DNA of 64,000 nucleotides from Hydrolagus colliei (taxonomy: Eukaryota). The notes below the pieces were generated by a model. It ran no database searches. It was not told the origin of the DNA and saw only the letters and a list, made by a program, of their open reading frames with translations. Position numbers and translations under genes: made by a program. This document shows, in pieces, positions 13,222 to 25,278 of the stretch. Every line of letters starts with the position of its first letter. Position 1 is the stretch's first letter. The DNA lies in contig CM068751.1 in assembly GCA_035084275.1 (NCBI GenBank), forward strand, positions 7,874,001 through 7,938,000, written 5' to 3'.

Positions 13222-13997
13222 GGCTCTCCACTTCTCAAAGCCAGTCAGGAATCTGGGCGTCTTGTTTGACCCCGAACTGTCCTTCCTGCTTTATATCCGC
13301 TCCATGACCGTCACAGCCTTCCACCACCTCCGAAATATTGCCAGACTCCGCCACTACCTCATCCCCGATGCCGCCAAAACTCTCATTCACGCCTTTATCA
13401 CCTCCAGGAACGGGAACTCTTTCCTTGTCGGCCTTCCCAGCTCCTCGCTTCACAGGCTGCAGATCATTCAGAACTCTGCAGCTCGTGTACTCTCCCGCAC
13501 CAGGCTCCGTGACCACATCACTCCCACCCTCGCCCGTTTCTACTAGTTCCCCATCCCCCAGACGATCGAATTCAAGATCCTCGTCCCAACTTTCAAGGCC
13601 ATTCACGGCCTTGCCCCCACGTGTCTCCGATGTGCTGTCTCCCTATCAACCTGCCTGTCCCCTCCGTTCAGCAGATTCTGGCCTGCTCCGTGTCCACCGC
13701 CCAAACTGCCCAACCATCGGTGGGCGGGCTTTCTGCCTCTCCGCTCCCATACTACGGAACTCCATCCCGCAATCCCTTTGCCTCACTTCCTTCCTTTCCT
13801 CCTTCAAAGCCTGTCTCAAGACTTTCCTCTTTGACAGCGCCTTCGGCTCCCCTTCTAACTCTTCCCTCTCCCCTACTCTACTTCCCCTTCCCCCAACCCT
13901 CCTCCCACTGCTCGGGCCCCGAACTAACTGTTCAGCGCCTTGGGACATCCTCCCGACATGAAAGGCGCTAGACAAGTGTAATTTTGTTGTTGTTGTA
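13222..13997 (+). mobile_element. L2-clade LINE 3' fragment
   Basis: [31 protein letters not shown] motifs; (TTG)n tail. Confidence 0.93.
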
Positions 13998-14292
13998 TTT
14001 GACTTTATTAGATGCACCATCCATTCTAAAAGTTTACCCTAATTTGAGCTGGTAATTTAGTGTGCTTGGTAATCAGTTTGATAGCAATACAATTTCATAG
14101 CTGATGAAGCAAGACCGCATTCCAAGAGCTTTGAACGCCAGGGGCACAATTCTAAAATTTATATCAACATATTTGTATATCAATTGCTAGTAGATGTTGC
14201 AGTTAATGAACATTTGTGTACTAGCCAGAAAAGTTAATATCGTAAGCTATGATGGCTTTCGATCCATGAGTTGGCATGCAATGACAGCGCTC

Positions 14293-14298
14293 TTTATT
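14293..14298 (-). terminator. Candidate polyadenylation signal of serpin copy B
   Basis: AATAAA about 33 nt after the stop codon, homologous to 2477-2482. Confidence 0.5.
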
Positions 14299-14330
14299 GG
14301 CCCGCTATTTTGACAATCTTGACTGGATTT

Positions 14331-17300
14331 TCAGACATCGGTTATGCAAGGGTTTGAAACCCGCCCAGCGAAAAGGACTGCACCTGTATGAGCAAAGAAA
14401 GCAAAGCAGCAATTATAAATTATGTACACCATAAGTTACAATTTGAATATGAATCTTAATTATAATTAAGGAGTTTCATGCAATCTCACAAACCCAATAG
14501 AATAGTTTCCCAATTTTTTGTGAAACGCCCAAGACCTCAAGACCTATTCTACTATTTAGTAATTGACTATTGATGCATCTCAAATTCACAATCCAGTATA
14601 ATGAATACTGACATTATTGAGAAAACAATATTTAGAAAACTATTATATAATATCCATGGCAATCACATAAGATAATATCCAATAAACCTATTCAAGTTTT
14701 TCTTATCTATTTGCTTGATTGTAAAACTAAATTAGTCATTCCTTTTGTGTTATTTAATCAAAATTAATCTAACTCCCATCATTTGATATAAGAAATCTGG
14801 TGGTTAAATACTAAAGCCAGATGAAAGCCAGAGGGCCAATTTTCTTCTGTTCCTCCCCATCCCCTCACCCTCTCATTGACAAGTTCTTGAAAGTTAAAAT
14901 GGCAATTTAAAAAATCTATTGTTTGTATAGCAAGCATTTCATGCCACTAGATATCCTTGTGTTTATATATGTACAAATACATGTATGATGACATTTGGTG
15001 GACTGGCAGGAGTACAACCTTTAGGGAAATAAAAATAAAGTTGGTTTGGTGACTAACTTCATTCAGTCTTGAATAAATCAACGAATTCAGAGTGTAAAAT
15101 AGATTGCTGTCAGGCATATGGTCTAAATAATAATCAAATTGTTTTGTGAGGTGTGCAGTATAGTCAGATGGGTTTCCATAGGAAACAAAATGAATACAAT
15201 AACACAATTACATTTGTCTAGCGCATGTCACTACACAGTACAATCACTGTAAAATATTTGAAGATTACGTGCTTGCTTAACCATTTTAAGAACTTTGCAG
15301 CAACAAAAAATACTGGGATATTTTCTCAATTTGATAATGAACAGAGACTTAATTTCTCAATCAATATAGAGCAGATACAAATAAGGCCATCATGACTGGA
15401 AGCCTTATTCCACATCAAGGTCTGACGTTTCTTCAGGCTTATCCAATGAAATGGTTTTACAATAAAGACATTGAATAGAATAGGGAATATTTTACAAAAT
15501 GTGATTTACCTGTAGGTTTGTGCTGAATAAAATAGAGGAAAGTTTGGTTTATGATGATTGGCTTTGTTGAGATCGGACCGCGCAATATCGGATCATAAAC
15601 TGTAATGAAAGAGAAGTTATTACAGTACTAGGAAATGAAAGCACCTTTCTGAAGTTAAGAGGAAAATGTTTCAGACAGCGTTATATTCCAGTCATGATAC
15701 TTCAAAAAAAAATTCTATTAAATGTTTTTAAGGGGTCGGGGGTGGGAGAGGGTGGTTAAAACAAGGAAAACAAGAAAAAAATCTGTATGAGGGAAAGCCA
15801 TTTCCAATTGTTCTGTAAGACTACTCAATAATCAAGTTATAGCTGTACAGAAATATTCATATTTGCATTATGCTGTTCTCAACAACAACATACACTTGTA
15901 TAGCACCCTTCACATTGGAAGATGTCCCAGCCTGTTGGACAATCAGGGGTTTTCGAACCAAACTGGGAGTTCCAGGGTTAACGGGCAGAGATGTCAAATG
16001 CCCATTGACTTACAAATGGCCAGGCTAGGAGTTGACAAGTATTAGAAGAGGATGTGTGCTTTTAATTAAGCTCTGGAGCCTTTTCCTATGGAGCACTGAA
16101 CAGCTGTCAAAACTTGCCTCCTCCTTCTTCATTCACTTCAATTTTTGCCCTTTGAAACAACCTTGAAACATCGATTGGACCAGTCTCTGCAAATAAAACA
16201 AAGTCAATGGAAACTTGGAAACCTCAAAGAGTTATCAAAAACGTTTTTCAGCCAAATATTTTAATAACCATACTGGAAATCCCCGGAAAATGTGCTCTCA
16301 CTGGATCAAACATATCAGTAATTCCAAGAGCAGTAAGAGGTTTTATCAAGTCGGTCTGCACATCAGAAATGAATCTATAACAGAAAAGGGAATGTTCAAT
16401 CAAATAAGCAAACACAGGCTATCGGTTAATAAATGAGCCGACTCATTTAGAAAAACTATGCAGAGTAAAAATACATTCATTGCAGTTTGGCTCAGTTGCC
16501 TTGCTTGGAAGATTGTGAATTTGTGCCTTAGATTAGGGCTCAAGATCATAATTCTACCCGACATGTACCATGGGGGAATGCTCCATTGTTGCTATACTTC
16601 AGATCAATATTAATACAATGCTCTTTCCTCACCCCACTTGTTTTTTGGGGGGGTTTCGGATGCACACAAAAATAATCCACTCCACTATTTTTGAAGAGCC
16701 AGGAGATTCTGTGGCCCAAGTCCCAATCCCTACACATCCAAGTACTGTACTCCAAAAATGGACCAATTGATTATTAACCGACCGACTGTTGTGGGACGAT
16801 CACGTTAGAAATTAGCTCTCATATTTGGCCACACAATAAGTCTATTTCAAACTGAATTGCACGAGGAATCCAATATTGTACAATTGTCTCTAAAGCATAG
16901 CTACATCAATTCAAGAATCTACAAAAATCTGTACGGCAGAAAGCAAAGGCTCTAGACATACTTTGGCATCATAAAAGTGATTTGTCTCTTCCGTAGTATT
17001 CCTTGCCAGCGTAGGATGGTTTGTACGTCGATTTGAGAAGCTGTATCCCAAAGTTGGAAGTGACGGTCTAGTGGATAAACAATAAACATGCTGTTGTGCC
17101 CTTGATATGACAGTTCAATGACATAATATCTCAGATGATTACGTGGTGTTGCAGCAATACCTGTGGAATCAAAGTAGAATTTCAGACTCTGTATATACTT
17201 ATACACCCAATTAAATTATTGACTGTACTTTATTCAGCTTTATTCAGCTTCTAGCTTCTGCTAACAGCAGCCATCAACCCAAACACCAGCTTATTATGGA

Positions 17301-19106
17301 AGTATTTTGCCATTCACTGTGAATAGACATTCAATAAAACTTGAAGGTATAACAATACATATTCTTGTACACATGAAGCTCTTGATTTGTATCAATTTAT
17401 CACTGATGATAAAATCTCACTTTAGTCCTTGTGCAGAATGAATGTTCACTCTCAATTTTATTCACTGTGTACATTGATTTTAAATTATCTTTGTTGTATT
17501 GAATAGCAAACTTCATAGGAGTCGCTCATCAACCATTCATGGAGTCACGTTAAAAACCTTCTACAACCAGATTCCAAACTGAAACCGAGACTTTAACATA
17601 ATGGATAGAGGGGTAACAGAATCTCCCATCACTCTATTGGATATCCCCACCATCGCTTGGAGGATATTTCCAAGTTCCCTCAGTCACTTGTGCACTTCAA
17701 TTAGAGGTAATCTGATTGTGGTGTTAAATAATTCAACTAGTCAAGACTCACAGAGACAAGTTACTTTATTGAGTTTTAGACTTACCAATCTTGAAACTTG
17801 ATGTTTTAAACATCATGGGCACTTGACAAATATTCCCGTCCGCTGTTGTGAACTTGTAAAGTTCGGTGAGTTGACGTTTAAATTGGGAATTCCACAAACC
17901 TTTGAAATATACAGCATTGGCCCCTACAAGTACGGTCGATTCATCTTGATCATCAGAGGAAATCAGATGATCGATCATACCTGGGAAGCAGAAATCAAAT
18001 CAGAATGTTTGAGTAAACTTGAGTGGATGGTCAATCATTACATCACATCTTTAAATTGAGCGTTTTGAATGACTACTTGTAAATAGTACAATAATGGCTA
18101 CCATTTAAAAAAAAACTGAATTTGTGCATCGGGTAGGAAACTGATATCTCACTACCCTCCCTTTTCCCCCACTCCTCAATTCTCCCACTCCACAGTCAAA
18201 AAATAACCAAACATACTCCCAAGAGTATGATTAATCTAATTCAAACATTTAGATTTTCCTATTCCGTTGGCTGCTTGAAGATGTATGGAATATGTACCTT
18301 CAGTTTGTTTAGCAACCCACTTGTTGATTGATGAAGCAGCTTGTTTTGTGGAGCCAAAATCTAAACTCTTCACGTCAGCATGGAATATAATTTTATTCCA
18401 CTCAACAAATCGGCGTTCCAAGCTAAACTTTGCATCTGTAAAGATACCACTGGAGATAATAACTGTATCTTTGTTCAACTCAGTTAGACGCCTGCGTACA
18501 TTTTCCAAGTTTCGGTGAACAGCTGTTGAAGAATCATTAAGTACAGAGAATTTATCACATCCTTAAATCCCCAAAAAACAGCAGTTTGCTTACAATTCAT
18601 TTTATCATTGGGAACTTGTGATTCATAATTGTAGCGAGTCACAGAGGGTAGGTGGTAATAATAATAATAGTACTCCTTGCATTTGATTTGGCACCTTATC
18701 ACGTCTTCGAGATGTCTCAAAGCACTTCACAGAATATACTCTGATGTGAATTGAATGTGTATTTTGCAGCATGACATCATCAGCCCCAGTAAAATAGAAA
18801 AGTATCAATGCATTTTCTAACAATAAAAACAAGTAAAAACGAACCCGATGACTTGAACTGCAGAGCGGAGGTCAACTGTTGCAGTGTTCTACCACTTGCT
18901 CCTATTTGGAGTATCCCAAGTAGGTCTCCAATCCCGTATGGGGAGATGGCAATGTTGTCTATTTCAGTGGAGTTAACAAGATATCTGAATACTCTCAATC
19001 CCATCTTTGACTGATTTATCGAAATTTGATCGAACGTTAAACAGCGGTGAGACTGCAAAACCAGACCGATCACGATGAGGAAACCAAATTTTCCCATTTC
19101 CCCCAT
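14331..19106 (-). CDS. SERPINE2-like serpin, copy B (397 aa, hinge-deleted, predicted non-inhibitory)
   Basis: Eight coding exons join in frame: 18845-19106, 18298-18522, 17786-17980, 16962-17160, 16274-16374, 16118-16186, 15510-15599, 14331-14383 (1194 nt, ending TGA). No stops or frameshifts, and all splice sites are intact. Reactive loop reads EVNEEGGVYDPILRGPISTKPIIINQTFLYFIQHKPT. Confidence 0.88.
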
Positions 19107-19406
19107 CTTGGACAGGTTCAATCTAAAAGATAAAATCAAATGTGAGGCCTGTGTGAGCTCGGAAATTCAAAATAATAACAAGCCCAAACAAGCAGGAAAA
19201 TTAACTAAGCTTTTGATGGCTTGGAATGGTACTATTCCACAAATCATAACACGCCTCTGCCGAATGCAATCTTAAAAGTTCTGTCACTCCTGGCCAAGAT
19301 GCGGGAAATGAATATTTAACTATAAAGTTACTTGAAATTTACCATTTACTCCATAAATTTACCATCAATTATGATTAGGAGCTGTTCCAAAATATATAGT
19401 TCTCAT

Positions 19407-20365
19407 TAGGGTCCGGCAATATGTCGATATATCGCTAAAACCCGATATAATTTTCATATCGATACCCTGATATAGGCATTTCAGAAATATCAATATATCG
19501 AAAAATCTATATATCGAGGTAAAAAATCGGAATGCGCGCACACTGAACTACAAGACCCAGAATGCTCATCTCTATACACAATGCACAGACCGAGGTGCAA
19601 AGCTGCCGTATTGTATTTATAGTCCTCGAATACAATATACAGGTATGCAAGGGGTGAGTGGGTGGGAGAGAAGGCTGGGGGAGGGGTGGGGGGGGGGGGA
19701 GAGATGGCTGGGGGGTGGGGGAGAGATGGCTGGGGGGTGGGGGGGAGAGAGACGGCTGGGAGTGGGGGGAGAGACGGCTGGGGGGGTGAGGGGGGGAGAG
19801 AGACGGCTGGGGGGGGAGAGAGACGGCTGGGGCGGGTGGGGGGGGAGAGAGACGGCTGGGGGGGTGGGGGGGGAGAGAGACGGCTGGGGCGGGTGGGGGG
19901 GAGAGAGACGGCTGGGGGGGTGGGGGGGGGAGAGAGACGGCTGGGGGGTGGTGGGGAGGGAGAGAGACGGCTAGGGGGGGCGTGGGGGGGAGAGCCAGAC
20001 GGCAGGGGGGGGGGGAGGGAGAGGGAGACGGCTGGGGGGGGTGGGGGGGGAGAGGGACGGCGGGGGGGGCGGCGGGAGAGACGGGGTGGTTGTGATAATA
20101 TACAGATAGATAGAGATTGGGGGGATGTGAGAGAGACACAGAGACACAGACAGAAAAACACAGAGATGGAGAGAGTGAGAGACACAGAGAGAGAAAAATA
20201 TTTACCTCTTGAGGAGACAGGCCCCGAATGCACGTGCACTCCGAATGCGCGGGCTGCGCACACATGCGCAGTGCAAAAACCCCGAAAATATCGATATTTC
20301 GGTATATCTCGATATGAGCCCATCGATATAGCTATATCGGAAAATTTCCATATAGACGGACCCTA
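19407..20365. mobile_element. Non-autonomous hAT-type DNA transposon (MITE)
   Basis: TIRs TAGGGTCCG...CGGACCCTA. Perfect 8-bp TSD GTTCTCAT (19399-19406, 20366-20373). Subterminal ATATCG/CGATAT repeats. No transposase. Confidence 0.9.
19665..20090 (+). repeat. G-rich minisatellite, unit about 25 bp (GGGGGGGAGAGAGACGGCTGGGGGGGT)
   Basis: More than a dozen tandem GAGACGGCTGGGG cores separated by G-runs, inside the hAT element. Confidence 0.9.
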
Positions 20366-20859
20366 GTTCTCATTAACAAAATGTGATTTATATTTGCATA
20401 TTGGTTGTGCAACTATATTCGTATTTTGTATAAAAAATGTATACCATTCGATTGTTAAATATGAACAGAATGGCCACTTAATACTGTTTAGCAAGGTAGA
20501 TTCGTTTTACAACTAGAAATTGCTCGATTTTCCAGGTGTTTTGCTTTAAAGAATGAAAGCTTGTTTTTTAAATTAATACAAATGAATACTGTATAGGTAA
20601 ATAATCATAATAATAATAATAATCCTTACCTTTATATTGCGCTTTCCACGTCTTATCAACGTCTCAAAGCGCTTCACAGAATATAACAATTGGGACCAGG
20701 GAGGGAGAAGACAAGAGGGAAGAAAGGGGGGAGAAGAGGTGGGGACCAGAGCAGGGGGGTAGGGGTTGTGGTTGGGGAAAGTAGGAAATTGACTGTATAT
20801 TTGTGGGAGAAACGCAGCAGCCAAATTGTGCATAACAGTGCCCCACAAACAGTTGTGGA

Positions 20860-21125
20860 AGTGGGGTTAGGGGAGAAAGGGGGAAAAGAGGATACGGGGG
20901 ATACAGAGGTGAAGGTGGGGTAAAATCAGGGAGGAAAAGAGGGGAGAAAGGGGGTTAAGGGGGAAGAGAGAGGGAAAGATGGTGGGGGGCGAGATCAGGG
21001 AGAAAGGGGGGGTAAGGTGGAAGAGGGAGGGAAGGGGGAAAGGGGGGAGAGAAAGGTGGGAAAGGGAATGAGGGAAGAAGAATAAGGGGGGGGGTGGGGA
21101 AAGGCCAGGAGATGGGGGGGGGAGA
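20860..21125 (+). repeat. Purine-rich (G/A) low-complexity tract
   Basis: About 260 bp almost entirely G and A. Confidence 0.8.
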
Positions 21126-21256
21126 TCAAACAACAACAATAAACAACAAAAGCAACAACAATAACAATCAACAATAGTCCAGTAACTGCTCCTTGTCCTC
21201 GCCACCTACCTGGACCATCGTCTTTAACACCACCAGAACTGAAGTAACAACTTTTA

Positions 21257-21880
21257 CATAAGAACATAAGAAGTAGGAGCAAGACTAGGCCATTCAGCCC
21301 TTCAAATCTTCTCCCGCCATTTAATAAGATCATGGCTGATCTTCTATTCTAATTCCATTTCCCCCATCCTATCCTCATATTGCTTAAACCCTTTAGCTTT
21401 TAAAAAACGGCCTATCTCACTCTTGAATGTGTTAAATGAGTGAGCATCACCACCGCCTTTTTGGGGTAGAGAATTCCATAAATTTACTACCCTCTGAGTG
21501 AAGAAATGGCTGATTTTTAATCCTATAATCCATAGTTTTAGATTCCCCAACCAGTGGAAACATTCTCACAACATCTACCCTGTCAAGGCTCTTAAGAATC
21601 TTATAGGTTTCCATAAGATCCCCTCTAATTGTTCTATATTCTAGAGAATATAGGCCAAGTTTACTCATCCTGTCCTCATAGGGCAATGCAATCATCACAG
21701 GAACCAACCTGGTAAATCTATGTTACATCCCTTCTAAGGAGAGTATATCGTTTCATAGATAAGGAGACCATAACTGCACGCAAAATTCAAGTGCCATCTC
21801 ACTTGAATGTGAGGCCCTATACAGTTGCAGCAAGACTTCCCTATTTTTATGCTTTAACCCCTTTGCAATAAACACTAATG
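21257..21880 (-). mobile_element. CR1-clade LINE 3' fragment
   Basis: LEFCVQLWSPYL, YEDRMSKLGLYSLE, RGDLMETYKIL, FFTQRVVNLWNSLP motifs; (CATAAGAA)n tail. Confidence 0.9.
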
Positions 21881-22545
21881 TGCTTAAGGAGCTAGCTGAT
21901 CCTATTCTCCACCAACAGACCATCTCCTCCGTGCGCCCACTCAAATTCCATCAATCATCACATCCAACGTCAAGTGCAAAGAAGTTTTGGACTTTCTTAT
22001 TTGCAAAATTGATAACATCCATCTGGCAGCCTCATCCTTCTGCCCCGTGTGGCCCACCACCACCATTCCATCTCTCTACCCACTCTGCCCTCAGCTACTA
22101 CCATGAACCTCCAATCTACATTCTTTACCCCTTATCTCTCCTTCCTCCCTCTCGCCCACCATCACCACAATGAAACACGCTACCTGCTGCCTTGATCCGC
22201 TCCCCTCTCAATTGCTGATCACCCAGCTCCCCATCCTATGCCCACTGCTGGCATAAACCATTAAGCAGTCCCTTTCCTCAGGATCAGTCCCACTCCCCCT
22301 CAAAACTGCCGTCATCACACTACCTCCTCAAAAAACCTGTCCTTGATCCCTCCAACATCAGCCACTGCCACCCTATCTCAAAACCTTCCTTCTTTGCAAA
22401 AGCTCTACAACGTGTTGTTGCCAACCAACTTTGCACATACCTCACCCTTCACACCTTATTCAAACCACTCCAGTCCGGCTTCCACCCAGCCCACAGTAGA
22501 GACTGCGCTTGTGAAAGTCACAAACAATGTTCTCTCTATCTATAA
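21880..22545 (+). mobile_element. Degraded internal L2 ORF2 fragment
   Basis: C-rich sequence with remnants such as QSGFHPAHS and ETALVKVTN, typical of L2/CR1-group RT. Confidence 0.7.
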
Positions 22546-25202
22546 CCAGGTACTCCACCATTAGTGGCTGTGCTTTCAGTGGTCTTAGTAGTCCAGTTTG
22601 GAGCCTGGCAGATCCACAATTCTTCAGGGCATTTGCTGATGACAGTCCAGACAGCCTGGCTCTTTGGTAGGTTTTGGACTGGCAGATCAATCAATCAGAT
22701 CAACTCACTCTTGCAAGCTAAACAGTAGGATAGTCCTTGTTGGATAAACAGTGGGAAGGTTTCTCTGAATGGCGAGCCAAGTGTTATTTTAGCTTGTTAA
22801 ACTTCAGCTCAGCAGTGTCCCACTGCAAACAACTATGGGGGCAGCTGTCAAGCTTTTCTTTGGCCAACCTGTGCCAAATAACAACAACAACAAAATTACA
22901 CTTGTGCAGCGCAAGTCTCCTCCTTTTAAACACGATTATGTATTTCCATATGGCAGACACTTGGCTGACCCCAAAAATCAGCAGCAAGGCTTCACCTGCA
23001 GAACAACATCCAGTTTTTAATTTTGCCGGTTGAAGTGGTAGAACATTTTGTTTCTTTTAAAAAGGAATAGTATCGGACACTCCGTACTTTTATGAAACTC
23101 ATTGGCCTGTCTGGAAATTGACATGTATAGTAACTATAACTATCATTTACCACTTTGGGCTGCTTATTAGTTTAGTATTGAACTGGTACAGTCAGTATTA
23201 TGCTGCAGAGCTGCATAACCAACCGACAGTGCTGCTGGCGGAGTGAATAGAGCAACAGTTTATGGATCAATGGCATCTTAGATCGGATCATGGCCCGTGC
23301 TGCTTGCTGGTCACAGTCTGGGCTGGAAGGGAAGGTTACACTGGGCTTGGCCTTCCCCGGGTTAGGGAGGGGATAGGTCTATGAAGCCTTCCATACCACT
23401 CAAATGTCTTCTTTGCTGTTCCCTCTGCAATCCATAACTTCTCCATATGCATTGGTACAATGCGTACGGCTCCTTAAGACCTCATCACCCATATTTAGTA
23501 GGCATCACTGGTTCAAGTTAATATTCCTCAAAGTGACCTCCATACCTCAACCATCTCGTCTCGCTCTCCCCTCCTCTGCTTATTCCTTTTGCTCCACAAA
23601 CAGACCTAATCCCACAAATCCCACAGTCAATTCACTTTACAGTATATACCGTGAAGCGCTTTGAGATGTCTAGCAGATGTGGAAAGCGTTATATCAATGC
23701 AAGGATTATTATTATTTTTACTGTATTGTTATCAATACATTCCCTCCCCTCACCCCCCCCCCCCCCCCCCCCCCCCAACCAATTCACTGTCAGCTGTGTT
23801 GCAATGTAATACAATAGATAACATTGGTCTCAGACTAAATTGCAAGAATACTTTCAGGAATGAGCCAACTGTGAAATTGAACGTGCTTGAATATTTCCAA
23901 TTTTCTTGTTGATTTTAATATCCTCCCCACCTTCCACCCCCTTGAGTCCTGCTGGGAATTAGTGTTGCCTGTCTCACATTCACTGGCATTTTAAGCATTG
24001 AAATGGTGTAACCAACCATGGAAGAAGAAGGAAAATAACCACAAAGAGTTTGCACAACCTTTGGGGGAAATTGTAAACAGCTCTGACTTTAAAAACTAAA
24101 GAGACAGCTTTACCAGCCTGAATCAGGAAAGCAATATATATCTACGTACAGTACAGTATGTACATATATATATATACATGTGTGTGTGTCTATGTGCAAT
24201 TTCAAAGGAACAAAGATATCAAAGAGAGTGAAAGGAAAGAGTGGAGGAGGCAGTGGCTGATCTGTAGCCAGTAGCTACAATGACAATGCTCTATTGGTAT
24301 TTACCAGTGGGCTGGTAAGATATTGAGCTAGGAGGATAGTGCCATCTGAAAATAAACCAGACTGGATTATAGAACTCACTTTTCGGTTGGTGACAGCACA
24401 CAGAGAAGAGGGACTTCCTGTCTCAGAACCAGCAAAGCTACGAAAGGAGTACTTAGGCTTCACCAGTGGCTGAATCCTGGCTAGTTTGAGACGTCTTCCT
24501 GATGTAAAAAGCGCTATACAAGTATAATTTTGTTGTTGCTGTTGTTGTAGTTTGATTCCAGGCTTCCAGGAATTTATGTGGAATTGGGCCTATTATTTTT
24601 CATGTTTTTGGTATTGTGCAATTCCAGTTTATTTTGTTTTTGAATGTTATACACCACTTCTAAGTGTTTTCTTTTTGTAACTTAGTTGTGGTATCTTTAT
24701 CTCTATTTATCGGTCCATCACGCTCTCTCTGGTTCTCCAGCGCCATGGGACATCCACCTGATGTGAAAGGCGCTATACATGTATAATTTTGTTGTTGTTC
24801 TCAATCCATATAATAATAATTGTTAAATTTGTTCTCAATGCAGTCTGATTTATTTTCAGCTTGGGAGGACTTCTCAAAGCTTGTACGCTTATATATCTTC
24901 TTAGTTTGCCAATTAGATTGAAAATAGACAATGCGTAACAACGTATAAAACCCATTTTACTGCTTCACCAATTAAACATTTTTCTTTTAACTTTGTGGAT
25001 GAGTTATCATCACTATGATTTTTTTCAGAACCACAATATACATATATTTATATATAGCTAGATATACTGTATATAATATGGAACTGAAGAGATATAATAA
25101 TATTCCTTGCATTTAATATCGTACTTTATCATGTCTTCTAGACGTCGCAAATCGCTTCACGGATTATAATGTAAAGTGAATTCACTGTATATTTTGTGGC
25201 CT

Positions 25203-25212
25203 CTATATATGT

Positions 25213-25248
<36 letters not shown>

Positions 25249-25278
25249 CTCCTATAGAATATATATAATATATATGTG
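25203..25278. repeat. Compound (CA)n/(TA)n microsatellite
   Basis: Seen directly; similar tracts at about 24135-24190 and 48750-48795. Confidence 0.8.

Noticed and set aside
14331-19106. Serpin copy B as a pseudogene
   Set aside because: All indels are in frame, there are no premature stops, and the splice sites, signal peptide and polyA signal are kept despite heavy amino-acid change.
2523-19106. Calling the serpins venom components
   Set aside because: The divergence pattern resembles toxin genes, but nothing in the sequence indicates tissue or function. Kept only as an analogy.
19490-20366. Long Pro-rich and Gly-rich ORFs (234-277 aa) on both strands
   Set aside because: They arise from the stop-free G-rich minisatellite inside the hAT MITE.
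20867-21333. Pro/Leu/Phe-rich ORFs
   Set aside because: Translation of a purine-rich low-complexity tract and a CR1 tail.
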